Shown here: positions 49,476 to 58,119 of the stretch, in pieces
Position numbering within the stretch: position 1 is the stretch's first letter
Layout: every line of letters starts with the position of its first letter
NCBI GenBank assembly: GCA_963761335.1
Contig: CAVXGR010000015.1
Coordinates: 256,001 to 320,000 of the forward strand
DNA length: 64,000 nt
Source: an uncultured delta proteobacterium
Lineage (GTDB): Bacteria; Desulfobacterota; Binatia; HRBIN30; BPIQ01
Direction of reading: 5' to 3'
The notes under the pieces: model-generated
Database searches by the model: none
Told to the model about the DNA's origin: nothing
What the model saw: only the letters and a program-made list of their open reading frames with translations
Position numbers and translations under genes: made by a program

Positions 49476-52400
49476 GTGTCTGTTCAATCTCACCTGCAGT
49501 ACGTGAATCGGGAGCGGGTTTCCGGCTCTCTGCAACCGTTCCAGATCTCCAATGCCCACATGTGGGGGTTGATCTTCCCCGCCGACCTCGAACGCCTGCA
49601 GGCATGTGTCGATCGCGTCCTGAACCGCGATCCGAGCGGCCGCGTCTCCTATGCCGCCTACCTGCCGATGCTCATGTTCGGCTTCAGCTCGATCGAGTAC
49701 GTCACCGCGGTCAATCCGCCGTACAGCGAGTTTGGCGGCGCCCACGAGTGCGAGCTCGCCGTCTGGATCCCGGTGCGGCAGCGGGGCTCTCTGTCGCCGA
49801 TGCTCTTCGGCCCCTACCTGTTCGTCGACAACCCCCTCGCGGTGATCCAGGGGCGCGAGATCTTCGGCTTTGCCAAGGAGATGGCGGAGCTCGGCGGCGA
49901 TCACTGGCCCGAGCACTTCCCCATCTTGGGGTACGTGGGAAGGCCGACCGATCCCCCGGGCCGGCGCTTGGTCCCCGTGCTGACCGTCGAACGCCAGGGA
50001 GAGGGGCGCGTTCCCCGCGAGCGCCGCGACTGGGGATCGTTTTCGCACGCGGCGAGCGACCTGCGGGCAGAATTGGCGGCGGTGTCGCGTCTTCCCGCTC
50101 TCTCGCATGCCGCCGGGCTACTGAGGGACACCTGGTTTCCGAACGCACCGGTGGTGCTCTGCAAGGAGTTCAGCGGCTGCGGAGACCGCGGCAACACTCC
50201 GTGTTACCTCGGCGTGGTCGAGGCCGGCTTTCGCGTGACCTCCATCCATGAGGGCTACATTCTCAAGGACCCGTACCTGCTGCGTCTCCCCAAGGTGGAG
50301 CGGCATCCGATCGCCGCGGATCTCGGGCTGCGCGACGGCACCCCGGCGCTGCTCGCCTACGAGATGAAGTTCGACTTCCGTTTGGAGCCGGGGAAGGAGG
50401 TGTGGTGCACGGCTCTCGGTCGCGATCGGCAACCTCCTTCGCTTCTGGAGCAGGTCGGCGATCTGGTCACGGCCGTGCCGGAGCGGATTGTCGAGCTCGG
50501 CGTGGACACCGTTCAATCCGTCGCCTCCACCTGGATGGAGACCGGGCTGTTTCCGGCGCCGCCTCCTGCGCCCCTGCCGGAGCCGCAGCCCGGAGGAACG
50601 ACGGGCAAGCGCGAGAAGATCGCCATCCTCGGCGGTGGCGTCGGTGCGCTGACCGCCGCCTTTGGCCTCACGGAAGCTCCCGGCTGGCGCGACCGCTACG
50701 AGATCACCGTCTACCAGCTCGGCTGGCGACTTGGCGGCAAGGGGGCCAGCGGTCGCGACCACGGCCGCGGTGATCGCATCGAGGAGCACGGTATCCACGT
50801 CTGGTTCGGATTCTACGAAAACGCCTTCCGCGTCATCCGCCGCTGCTTCCAAGCTCTTCCCGGGTTCGACGAGAGCGCCTACGAGAATCCCATCTTCTGG
50901 GGCTTCGAGCCGTTCGATCTGGTGACCCTGATGCGCTCGGAGGTCGACGGCTCCTGGAAGCCGGCAGTGCTGCGCGTGCCCTCGGCGCTCGGCTGGCCCG
51001 GTGCTGAGGAAAATCCGCCGGCTCCGTCGACACCACTCGAGTACCTGGTCGAGCTGCTCAACTGGCTCGTCGCCCGGCTGATGAACAGCGAGCTGCCACC
51101 CGAGGTGGTCGAGGCCGGCTATCGCTTTGCGGATGTCGAGCAGGAGTTCGCGCGGCTGCTCGAGCGGCTGAGGACCGTCCGCCCGGAGAAACCAGTGCCG
51201 GGCATCGATCTGCCGTTTCACTTCCTCAGCGCCCTCGACGGCGCCGCCGCCCTCGCCGGCGCGGCCATCGGCCGCACGATCGAGCGCCTCGACGCCGAGG
51301 CGATCAGCCACGTGCTCGACCACACTGCCGGTTGGTTGAAAGGGTTCTATGGCGCCGCCGCAGCGGGCCTCTCGGAGGGCCGACTACTGTGGGCGGCAGT
51401 GGATCTGTCGGCGGCCCTGGTGCGCGGAATGATCGAGACGGATGCGATCATCAAGGGTTTCGAGTCGCTCAACGATCGAGACTTTGCCGAATTTCTGCGG
51501 CAGTACGGGGCCGATCAAGCGACGATCGAATCCCCGTGGGTGCGGGCGATCTACTCACAGGGGTTCGCCTTCGTCGGCGGCGACGTCACCAAGGGGCGCG
51601 CCGCCGCCGGCATGGCCATCCGCGGCATCGGGCGCATGCTGCTCACCTATCGGCGCTCGTTCATGTTCAAGATGAAGGGCGGTATGGGCGACATCATCTT
51701 CGCGCCGCTCTACGAGGTACTGAAGGCGCGCGGGGTGCGCTTCAAGTTCTTCCACCGCGTTCGCAAGCTCCATCTGTCTGCGGACAAGCAGACGATTGAG
51801 CGGATCAGTGTCGGACGGCAGGCGACGCCTCCGAAGAATTACCCGTATCTCACCAAGGTGAAGGATCTGTACTGCTGGCCGAATCAACCGCGTTACGACC
51901 TACTGAAGGAGCGCCGAAAGATCGAGAAGCTGCGCGCCACCGGTGCCTACGTGAACTTCGAGTCGGCGTGGAGCGCCTGGGGGCCGGACCACGAGAAGGA
52001 GACCGAGCTGCGCGCCGGCGAGCACTTCGACCGCGTCATTCTCGGCATCCCGGTCGGCTCGCTGGGGGAGATCTGCAGCGAGCTGGTCGAGGCGAACCGC
52101 GACTGGGAGAACATGCTCCGCAAGCTGAAGACGGTGCGCACCCAGTCGTTCCAGCTCTGGCTCAAGAAACGCGTCGACGAGATGGGCTGGCCCGCTTCGG
52201 CCATGGCGAGCCGAAAGGGGGAGCCGGTGGGTCCGATTCTGACCGCTTTCGTCGAGCCTCTGGACACTTGGGGAGACATGACGCACACGCTCGAGACGGA
52301 GAACTGGCCGCCCGAAATGGGGGTGAAGCAGATCGCCTATTTCTGCGGCGTGATGCCGGATACGGAGGAGCCGGCCTGGTACTCTGACCCCTCTTTCCCC

Positions 52401-52793
52401 GGCGCCATGAAGCGTCAGGTCGCCGACAACGTGCGCCAGTTTCTCGATCGCGACATGCGGCATCTCTGGCCGGACATGTATCAGACGGGCGTCTTCGACT
52501 GGGAGGCTCTGGTGAACACCGCGCCGGGGAGCCACCCGCTCGACGACCAATTTTTCATCGCCAACATCGATCCGAGCGAGCGCTACGTGATGTCCGTTCC
52601 CGGTTCGGTCGAGGCGCGCCTGCGTGCCGATCGCTCCGGTTTCTCCAATTTGTACCTCGCCGGGGATTGGACGCTCAACGGCATCAGCGCCGGCTGCGTC
52701 GAGGCCGCGACCATGTCCGGGCTGCGCGCCGCCCGCGCCATCGGCGGATGGCCCGAGCGCATCCCGGGCGAAGAGCATCTGGACGACGGTTGA
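49476..52793 (+). CDS. Fusion: acetoacetate-decarboxylase-like domain + FAD/NAD(P)-binding oxidoreductase (copy 2)
   Basis: GGAGG at 49466-49470 then GTG; GREIFGFAKE; same oxidoreductase motifs as copy 1. Confidence 0.8.
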   Translation: MSVQSHLQYVNRERVSGSLQPFQISNAHMWGLIFPADLERLQACVDRVLNRDPSGRVSYAAYLPMLMFGFSSIEYVTAVNPPYSEFGGAHECELAVWIPVRQRGSLSPMLFGPYLFVDNPLAVIQGREIFGFAKEMAELGGDHWPEHFPILGYVGRPTDPPGRRLVPVLTVERQGEGRVPRERRDWGSFSHAASDLRAELAAVSRLPALSHAAGLLRDTWFPNAPVVLCKEFSGCGDRGNTPCYLGVVEAGFRVTSIHEGYILKDPYLLRLPKVERHPIAADLGLRDGTPALLAYEMKFDFRLEPGKEVWCTALGRDRQPPSLLEQVGDLVTAVPERIVELGVDTVQSVASTWMETGLFPAPPPAPLPEPQPGGTTGKREKIAILGGGVGALTAAFGLTEAPGWRDRYEITVYQLGWRLGGKGASGRDHGRGDRIEEHGIHVWFGFYENAFRVIRRCFQALPGFDESAYENPIFWGFEPFDLVTLMRSEVDGSWKPAVLRVPSALGWPGAEENPPAPSTPLEYLVELLNWLVARLMNSELPPEVVEAGYRFADVEQEFARLLERLRTVRPEKPVPGIDLPFHFLSALDGAAALAGAAIGRTIERLDAEAISHVLDHTAGWLKGFYGAAAAGLSEGRLLWAAVDLSAALVRGMIETDAIIKGFESLNDRDFAEFLRQYGADQATIESPWVRAIYSQGFAFVGGDVTKGRAAAGMAIRGIGRMLLTYRRSFMFKMKGGMGDIIFAPLYEVLKARGVRFKFFHRVRKLHLSADKQTIERISVGRQATPPKNYPYLTKVKDLYCWPNQPRYDLLKERRKIEKLRATGAYVNFESAWSAWGPDHEKETELRAGEHFDRVILGIPVGSLGEICSELVEANRDWENMLRKLKTVRTQSFQLWLKKRVDEMGWPASAMASRKGEPVGPILTAFVEPLDTWGDMTHTLETENWPPEMGVKQIAYFCGVMPDTEEPAWYSDPSFPGAMKRQVADNVRQFLDRDMRHLWPDMYQTGVFDWEALVNTAPGSHPLDDQFFIANIDPSERYVMSVPGSVEARLRADRSGFSNLYLAGDWTLNGISAGCVEAATMSGLRAARAIGGWPERIPGEEHLDDG

Positions 52794-52910
52794 TCGGTGC
52801 GCAGGTGGGGACAGTGCATCATGAGCCTTGCGGCTCGCCAGCAGACGATGAAGACGAGGCCGGGGATCTGCGCCGGCAAGAGACTTGGAGGTCCTCGCCT
52901 GGGCGAAGTT

Positions 52911-53178
52911 CGCCCCGGAGGGGCGGTGGCGTGTATCCCCGGGTGAAACCCGGGGAAAAAGGCGCGCTCCGTCATAGGCGCCCCGCCAGGGGGCGCGGGC
53001 AAACTTCCGTTGATGCCGCGCCTCTACGCCGATGATCACCGCTGGGTGCGTGGGTAGCTCATCGAGGTGATTCACGCGGCCTCTACGCCTGCGCCCCTGC
53101 GGGGCGCTGATCTGGGCCAATCGGGACGCGGTCCCCGGGTTAACACCCGGGGCTACATGCCCGCGCCCCTCCGGGGCG
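52911..53178. repeat. Composite palindromic element (REPIN/MITE-like), family C
   Basis: About 46-bp inverted arms CGCCCCGGAGGGGCG..GTATCCCCGGGTGAAACCCGGGGA, plus inner GCGCCCC..GGGGCGC hairpins at 52978-52996 and 53091-53107. Confidence 0.8.
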
Positions 53179-53289
53179 ACAATCTCCACGCCAACACGCC
53201 GGGGCGACAATCTCCACGCCAACACGCCGGGGCGACAATCTCCACGCCAACACGCCGGGGCGACAATCCTCCACACCAAGCGCCGGGGC
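53171..53289. repeat. 28-bp tandem repeat CCGGGGCGACAATCTCCACGCCAACACG (3 exact, 1 degenerate, 1 partial copy)
   Basis: Copies start at 53171, 53199, 53227, 53255 and 53283; no spacers between them. Confidence 0.92.
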
Positions 53290-53325
53290 CCCGCCAGACC
53301 TTCACCCAACAGATTTTCGCAGTAG

Positions 53326-53391
53326 CAGGCTACTTTTGCGGATGAGATCCCAACGTCGGTGAAACGTCGGCGGCAAAAGTAGCCTGTCCCC
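53326..53391. repeat. REP-like inverted doublet, family B, overlapping the cyclase 3' end
   Basis: CAGGCTACTTTTGC ... GCAAAAGTAGCCTGTCCCC. Confidence 0.75.
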
Positions 53392-56300
53392 GCCCGTGGC
53401 GGATCGGGGGCTGCATGGCCCGCTTCACCTCGCCCAGCTCGAAGGCCAGCTCCACGGAGTGAAGGATCTCGGCGGCGCGGCGCAGATTGCGGTCGCGCTC
53501 CGGATCGGCCGGCTGGGCGTGGCGGCCGATCTCGTAGAACGCCAGGGCTTTCTCCCGAGGTAGACGGAGCTCCGTGGCCTCGTTTGCCGCCTTGATCCAG
53601 GTGGCGCGGGCCCGCCGCGTCCGTCCCTGCAGCTGCAACCCGACACCGCTCCACAGCCGATAGGCGGGTCGGGCGACGGGATAGAGCCGCGCCAGCTTCC
53701 CGAGATTGGCGATTGCCTGCTTCGCCAGTGGCGCGATGAGTGCCTCCCGCACGCGACCCTGTTCCCACAGGCGCAGACACGCCTCGGCCGTCCAGCTGGC
53801 CCCGGTGAGGACGTAGAACGTCAGCGCCGGCGATTCGCGCACGAGCCGGAGCTGGTCGTGGATCGCCGCCAGGGCCTCGTCGGCCTGGCCGAGGCGGCAA
53901 TGGATGATGGCGCGCAGCCCGTAGGAGATCAGCTGCGCGCCGCGATCGGCCATGTGGGAGAAGTTGTGGGCCAGCCAGGACGCCAGTCGATCGCACTCCG
54001 CCAGCGCCTCCTCCAGCTTCGCCGCGGCGATCAGGCTGCCGGCGAAGCCGACGCTGACGTACGCCTGCGCCTGCACGTCGCCGCGCTCGCGCGCCGATAT
54101 TCCCGCGATTCGGTAGCGCTCGAGCGCCTCGGCGTGGCGTCCCCGCAGGTACGCGCCGACGCCCTGCGACAGACAGCTGAGATCGCGCCAGCGCGCTTCG
54201 CCGATCTCGGAGAACGTCGCCAGTGCTTCATCGAAGGCGGCGTCGGCTTCGCTCCAGCGGCCGGTGCCGGTGTACACCAGGCCGCGCGTGTAGCAGATGC
54301 GGCCGTAGCCGTAGCGATCGCCGGCGCCGCGCGCCGCCTCCTCTCCCTGGCGAAAGTAGTGCTCGCTGAATCGCGGACCCAGGAGAACCCCGGCCGAGAG
54401 GCCGACCATGGAGCTGCTGGTGGCCAGCTCCACGGATGGGCCGGCGCGCTCGGCCAGGTTGACGGCGCGCAAGTTGGCCAGCGTGGCGGGTATCCCATCG
54501 AGAGTGATGTACCACATCAATCCGAGCAGCTCGTAGAGGTGTGCGGCTTCCAGGCAACGCTGCCGCTCGTCGCCCGCAGTGGATGTCGCCGCGGAATGCA
54601 GCCGGTGGCCGATCTGCCGCGCCAGCTCGGCGGCGATGCCCGCCGAGCGCCGCAGCTTGCCTCGCGGGAAGGGCTGGCCGAGCATCTCCAATCCGGAGAG
54701 CGCGTGGGCGATGGCCGCGGGGATGATGCCGAGGCGGTTCTTGGCGTCGGCCAGATGTCTGAGCCAGCGCGCCCGCCTGCGGCCGTCGGGATCGACCGCG
54801 GAGTTGAGACGCCTCTGCAATCGCAGAGCATCTTCCAGGAAGCGAACCGCCTCGGAGTTCGCATACGAGGCCATCGATTGCTCTCCGGCGCGCTCGAGCG
54901 CGTCCACCGCGCGCGCCCCGAGCTCGGTGTCCGGGGCCTGAAAGTCGACGGCGCGGCTCCAGTGGTGCGCCAGCACTGCGTGGACCGGCGCGAGATCCCC
55001 GGCGTGCGACTCCTCGTACCATCGCGCCGCCGCCTGGTGCAGCGAACGGCGCTGCGCATAGGGCAACAGCTCGTAGGCGACGTCCCGCGTGATCGCGTGC
55101 TTGAAGCGATAGGTATCTCCCTCGGCAGGCGAATGATGCACCAGGTCCAGATCTTCGAGCGCCACCAGATCGGTGCGCAGGCGAAGGCGGTCCTCCGAGA
55201 TGGGGTAGGTCCGTTCGAGCGCATCCAGAGAGAAGATCTGGCCGAAGATGCTGGCGACCTTCAACGCCAACTGCTGGCGCGCCCCGAGCAGGTCGATGCG
55301 GCCGGTGACGGTCGCCTCGATGCTGTCCGGGAGTCGCAGCTGTCGCGGGTCTCCGGCTGCCGGAGCGAGTCGGCACTCGTCGCCGTCGACGTGGAGGGTG
55401 CCGGCGTCGCGGAGCGCATGGGTCAGCTCTTCGGTGAAGAACGGCTGTCCGCCGGCGCGCCCGAAAATGATCTCGGTCACCGGCTCCGACACGCGCTGCG
55501 CCCCGAGGCGGTCGGCGATCAGGCCGGCGCTGTCCTCGCGGTCGAGGGGCCGGAGATCGATCTGCTCGAAATCGGGAGCCGCTCGCAGGCGCCGGTACGC
55601 GGGAGGTTGAGGATCCTCCATCGGCCGCGCCGCGGCGACCACCAGCAGGGGCCGAATGCGTGCCGCCATCAGCTCGGCCACCGCCCAGGAAGCCGAGTCC
55701 AGCCAGTGCGCGTCTTCGAGAACCACCACCAGCGGTCGCTCGTGCGCGGCGTACTGGAGGAGGCTGACAATGAGCTCGTGCGTGACATCGGCGCGCGCTT
55801 CCCCGGTGATTCGCTCGCTCGCCTCGGTCTCTGAGAAATCGAGTCCAAGGATCGGGTTGAGCAGCGGCGCGAGCTCGGCGATCGGGGCTCCAGCAAGGTG
55901 TTTGTCGGCGCGAGCCAACGCCGCGCGGGCGCGCGAGCGGCGCGCCGATTCCGTGGAGGAGGTGGGGTCGAGGTCGAGCAGCTGCATGAGGATCGGCCGC
56001 CAGGCGTGGTACGCCGTGTGGATCTCGACCGCCTCGCCGGCACCCACGAGCGCCGTCGCCCCCGCCGTGTCCGCCAGGCGCTGCAGCTCCTCGACCAGGC
56101 GCGATTTTCCCATGCCTGCCTCGGCCGAGATGAGCAGGAACTGACTGAGGCGCCCCTCGACCACGTCGGCGACGGCCTGGCGCAGCTGCTCCTGCTCCGC
56201 CCTGCGGCCGAGCAGCGCCCCTCTCGATCGCCGCCGCGAGACCGTCGCTGCCGTCGAGGCGCGCGGGCGAAAGGCGGCCACCGGGCTCGAGAGGCCCCGC

Positions 56301-57532
56301 AGGCGGAGCTCGGGAAGATCGTCGAAGCGAACCCGGTCGCCGCAGGCTTGGCGCGTCGGGCCGTCGCAGAGGATTCCCGCCGACCGCTGCATCAGGCGCG
56401 CCGCGGTGTGCACCACCTCCCCCGTGCTGGTGTACTCGCGGCGCTGCGCGTTTCCCACCTCGCCGAGGAAGGCGCGGCCGCTGGCGATGCCGATGTCGAC
56501 GGCGATGCCCACCTCGGCGAGCGCCCCCTGGATCTCGAGAGCGGCGCGCACGGCTCTCGAGGCATCGTCCCCGTGCGAGCGCGGCATGCCGAACCCTGCC
56601 TTGACCACCGGCCCGGTGGCGCTCATGCCGAGGCGCAACACCGTTCCCTCGAAGCGGTGCAGCACCTGTTGGACCCGCGCGACCGTGTCCTGAACCTCCT
56701 CGGCGGAGGCGGAGCGCCAGTCGGGAAGCTGGATGAAGAGCGCGGTCACCCGCCGCAGCTCGGCGAGCCAGCCGCTGTACCCGGCGTCGATCCGCGAGAG
56801 CGCCGCCGGATGGACGTAGGGGCGCAGAAGCGAAGCCTCGAGCTCGACCGAGGGTGCGCTGCGCGGCGCCGAGTCGGCGACCGCGAGTGGCTGCACCGAG
56901 AGGAGGCGGGCCGCGGCGGTGCCCAGCTCCACGCCCTGGCTCCGGTCGGCGATGAGGTTCCACACCTCGGCGCTGACCACCACCTCTCCCGGCCCGGCCT
57001 GACGCTCGGCGGCGCAGGCCTCGGCGATTGGAGTGCCGACCGCGAGGAACTCGCAGTGCTCCGCGGCCCACGACACGCAGATGCCGGTGACCTCCCCGAC
57101 GCCGATGCCGATGCGCATCGAGAGGTCGCCGTGCGGCGAGGCGCTGCCGGCATCGTTGCGCCGGCACAGAGCCGCCTGCGCCGCCAGACCACAGCGCGCC
57201 GCTTGGGCGGTGGCGGTCACCCCGCCTTTGCCATCGCCGGCGGGCCAGACGGCAAAGAGACCGTCGCCGGTGAACTTCACCACGTCGCCTCCCTGGGCGA
57301 TCACCAGGTCGATCAGCGGGCTGAAGAAATCGCCAAATACCCGGCTCAGCTCCTCGGCCCCATCCGGGCCGCGCTCGCTCAGGCGCTCAGCGAGCGCGGT
57401 AGATCCGCTGATGTCGGCACTCAGCACCGCCACTGGCCGGCGCTCGGCCCACGGCGGCTCGCCTCCGCCGCCGGAAAGGCGTCGTTGCACCCAAGCAGGT
57501 ACGTAGCTCGCCAGCGCTTCCGCGTCGCCCAT
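53330..57532 (-). CDS. Tandem class III nucleotide cyclase + STAND AAA ATPase + TPR protein (soluble-adenylyl-cyclase-like architecture)
   Basis: ADISGST, KFTGD, RREYT...AARLM, Walker A AEAGMGKS, Walker B VVLEDAHWLD, GGQPFF, YRFKHA, helical repeats. Confidence 0.9.
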   Translation of the reverse strand: MGDAEALASYVPAWVQRRLSGGGGEPPWAERRPVAVLSADISGSTALAERLSERGPDGAEELSRVFGDFFSPLIDLVIAQGGDVVKFTGDGLFAVWPAGDGKGGVTATAQAARCGLAAQAALCRRNDAGSASPHGDLSMRIGIGVGEVTGICVSWAAEHCEFLAVGTPIAEACAAERQAGPGEVVVSAEVWNLIADRSQGVELGTAAARLLSVQPLAVADSAPRSAPSVELEASLLRPYVHPAALSRIDAGYSGWLAELRRVTALFIQLPDWRSASAEEVQDTVARVQQVLHRFEGTVLRLGMSATGPVVKAGFGMPRSHGDDASRAVRAALEIQGALAEVGIAVDIGIASGRAFLGEVGNAQRREYTSTGEVVHTAARLMQRSAGILCDGPTRQACGDRVRFDDLPELRLRGLSSPVAAFRPRASTAATVSRRRSRGALLGRRAEQEQLRQAVADVVEGRLSQFLLISAEAGMGKSRLVEELQRLADTAGATALVGAGEAVEIHTAYHAWRPILMQLLDLDPTSSTESARRSRARAALARADKHLAGAPIAELAPLLNPILGLDFSETEASERITGEARADVTHELIVSLLQYAAHERPLVVVLEDAHWLDSASWAVAELMAARIRPLLVVAAARPMEDPQPPAYRRLRAAPDFEQIDLRPLDREDSAGLIADRLGAQRVSEPVTEIIFGRAGGQPFFTEELTHALRDAGTLHVDGDECRLAPAAGDPRQLRLPDSIEATVTGRIDLLGARQQLALKVASIFGQIFSLDALERTYPISEDRLRLRTDLVALEDLDLVHHSPAEGDTYRFKHAITRDVAYELLPYAQRRSLHQAAARWYEESHAGDLAPVHAVLAHHWSRAVDFQAPDTELGARAVDALERAGEQSMASYANSEAVRFLEDALRLQRRLNSAVDPDGRRRARWLRHLADAKNRLGIIPAAIAHALSGLEMLGQPFPRGKLRRSAGIAAELARQIGHRLHSAATSTAGDERQRCLEAAHLYELLGLMWYITLDGIPATLANLRAVNLAERAGPSVELATSSSMVGLSAGVLLGPRFSEHYFRQGEEAARGAGDRYGYGRICYTRGLVYTGTGRWSEADAAFDEALATFSEIGEARWRDLSCLSQGVGAYLRGRHAEALERYRIAGISARERGDVQAQAYVSVGFAGSLIAAAKLEEALAECDRLASWLAHNFSHMADRGAQLISYGLRAIIHCRLGQADEALAAIHDQLRLVRESPALTFYVLTGASWTAEACLRLWEQGRVREALIAPLAKQAIANLGKLARLYPVARPAYRLWSGVGLQLQGRTRRARATWIKAANEATELRLPREKALAFYEIGRHAQPADPERDRNLRRAAEILHSVELAFELGEVKRAMQPPIRHGRGQATFAADVSPTLGSHPQK

Positions 57533-57690
57533 ATCGATACGTGGCTAGCACAGGCGACCGCCGCTGAACCAGAGGAGCGATCTCCTTCTGTGCAGCTGGT
57601 GAGCTGGGAGATCAGAGGCGGTTGGCGCACTGACCACCCTGGCGTGGGTGTGTTGCCGCCGAACGGATTCCATCAATGGCCGAGTGTGCT

Positions 57691-57706
57691 CGGCACGAAC
57701 ACTGCT
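57691..57706 (+). promoter_or_regulatory. Sigma54 (-24/-12) promoter upstream of the small ORF and methyltransferase
   Basis: CGGCACGAACACTGCT, exact GG-N10-GC spacing. Confidence 0.6.
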
Positions 57707-57770
57707 ATTGGCAGGCGCCCGGAGGGCCAACGAGCGCTGGTGAACAGACTCGAACGAAGGGAATCGCGAA

Positions 57771-58013
57771 ATGCCGGGGGATACCGACTTGATCCACATG
57801 GCGGTCTTCAAGCTGCAGGAGACTGCCGGGCGTGTGCTGGAATTGGCCACCGCGGCGCACTCCGAGGAGACCGAGAAGCTTTTGCTCCGCTTTCATCGGG
57901 AGCTGCGCGACTTGACCAAAGCCGCGATGTCGCTCGACGGCCGCAGCGAACAGATGCCGGTCGATCCGGCCGGGATCGGCGGCGCCAAGCCTCGCCCGGG
58001 CAACGCCCGCTGA
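57771..58013 (+). CDS. Small helical hypothetical protein
   Basis: 80 aa, purine-rich RBS (GAAGGGA), amphipathic helical pattern, downstream of a sigma54-type promoter. Confidence 0.6.
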   Translation: MPGDTDLIHMAVFKLQETAGRVLELATAAHSEETEKLLLRFHRELRDLTKAAMSLDGRSEQMPVDPAGIGGAKPRPGNAR

Positions 58014-58119
58014 GCAGCATCTGGAGGGGCCCGGCGCGGTCCCGAGGACGGATCTGGATTTGCCGCTGGGCCCTCGTGTGCACAGCGGCGCCGGATCTCA
58101 TGAGGAGGTGGACTGCCTG

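Noticed and set aside
53171..53289. 28-bp repeats as a CRISPR array
   Set aside because: Units are directly adjacent with no unique spacers, and no cas genes are present.
52667..53345. Small ORFs 52667-53035 and 53067-53345
   Set aside because: They are translations of the palindromic element and tandem repeat, with no protein-like features.
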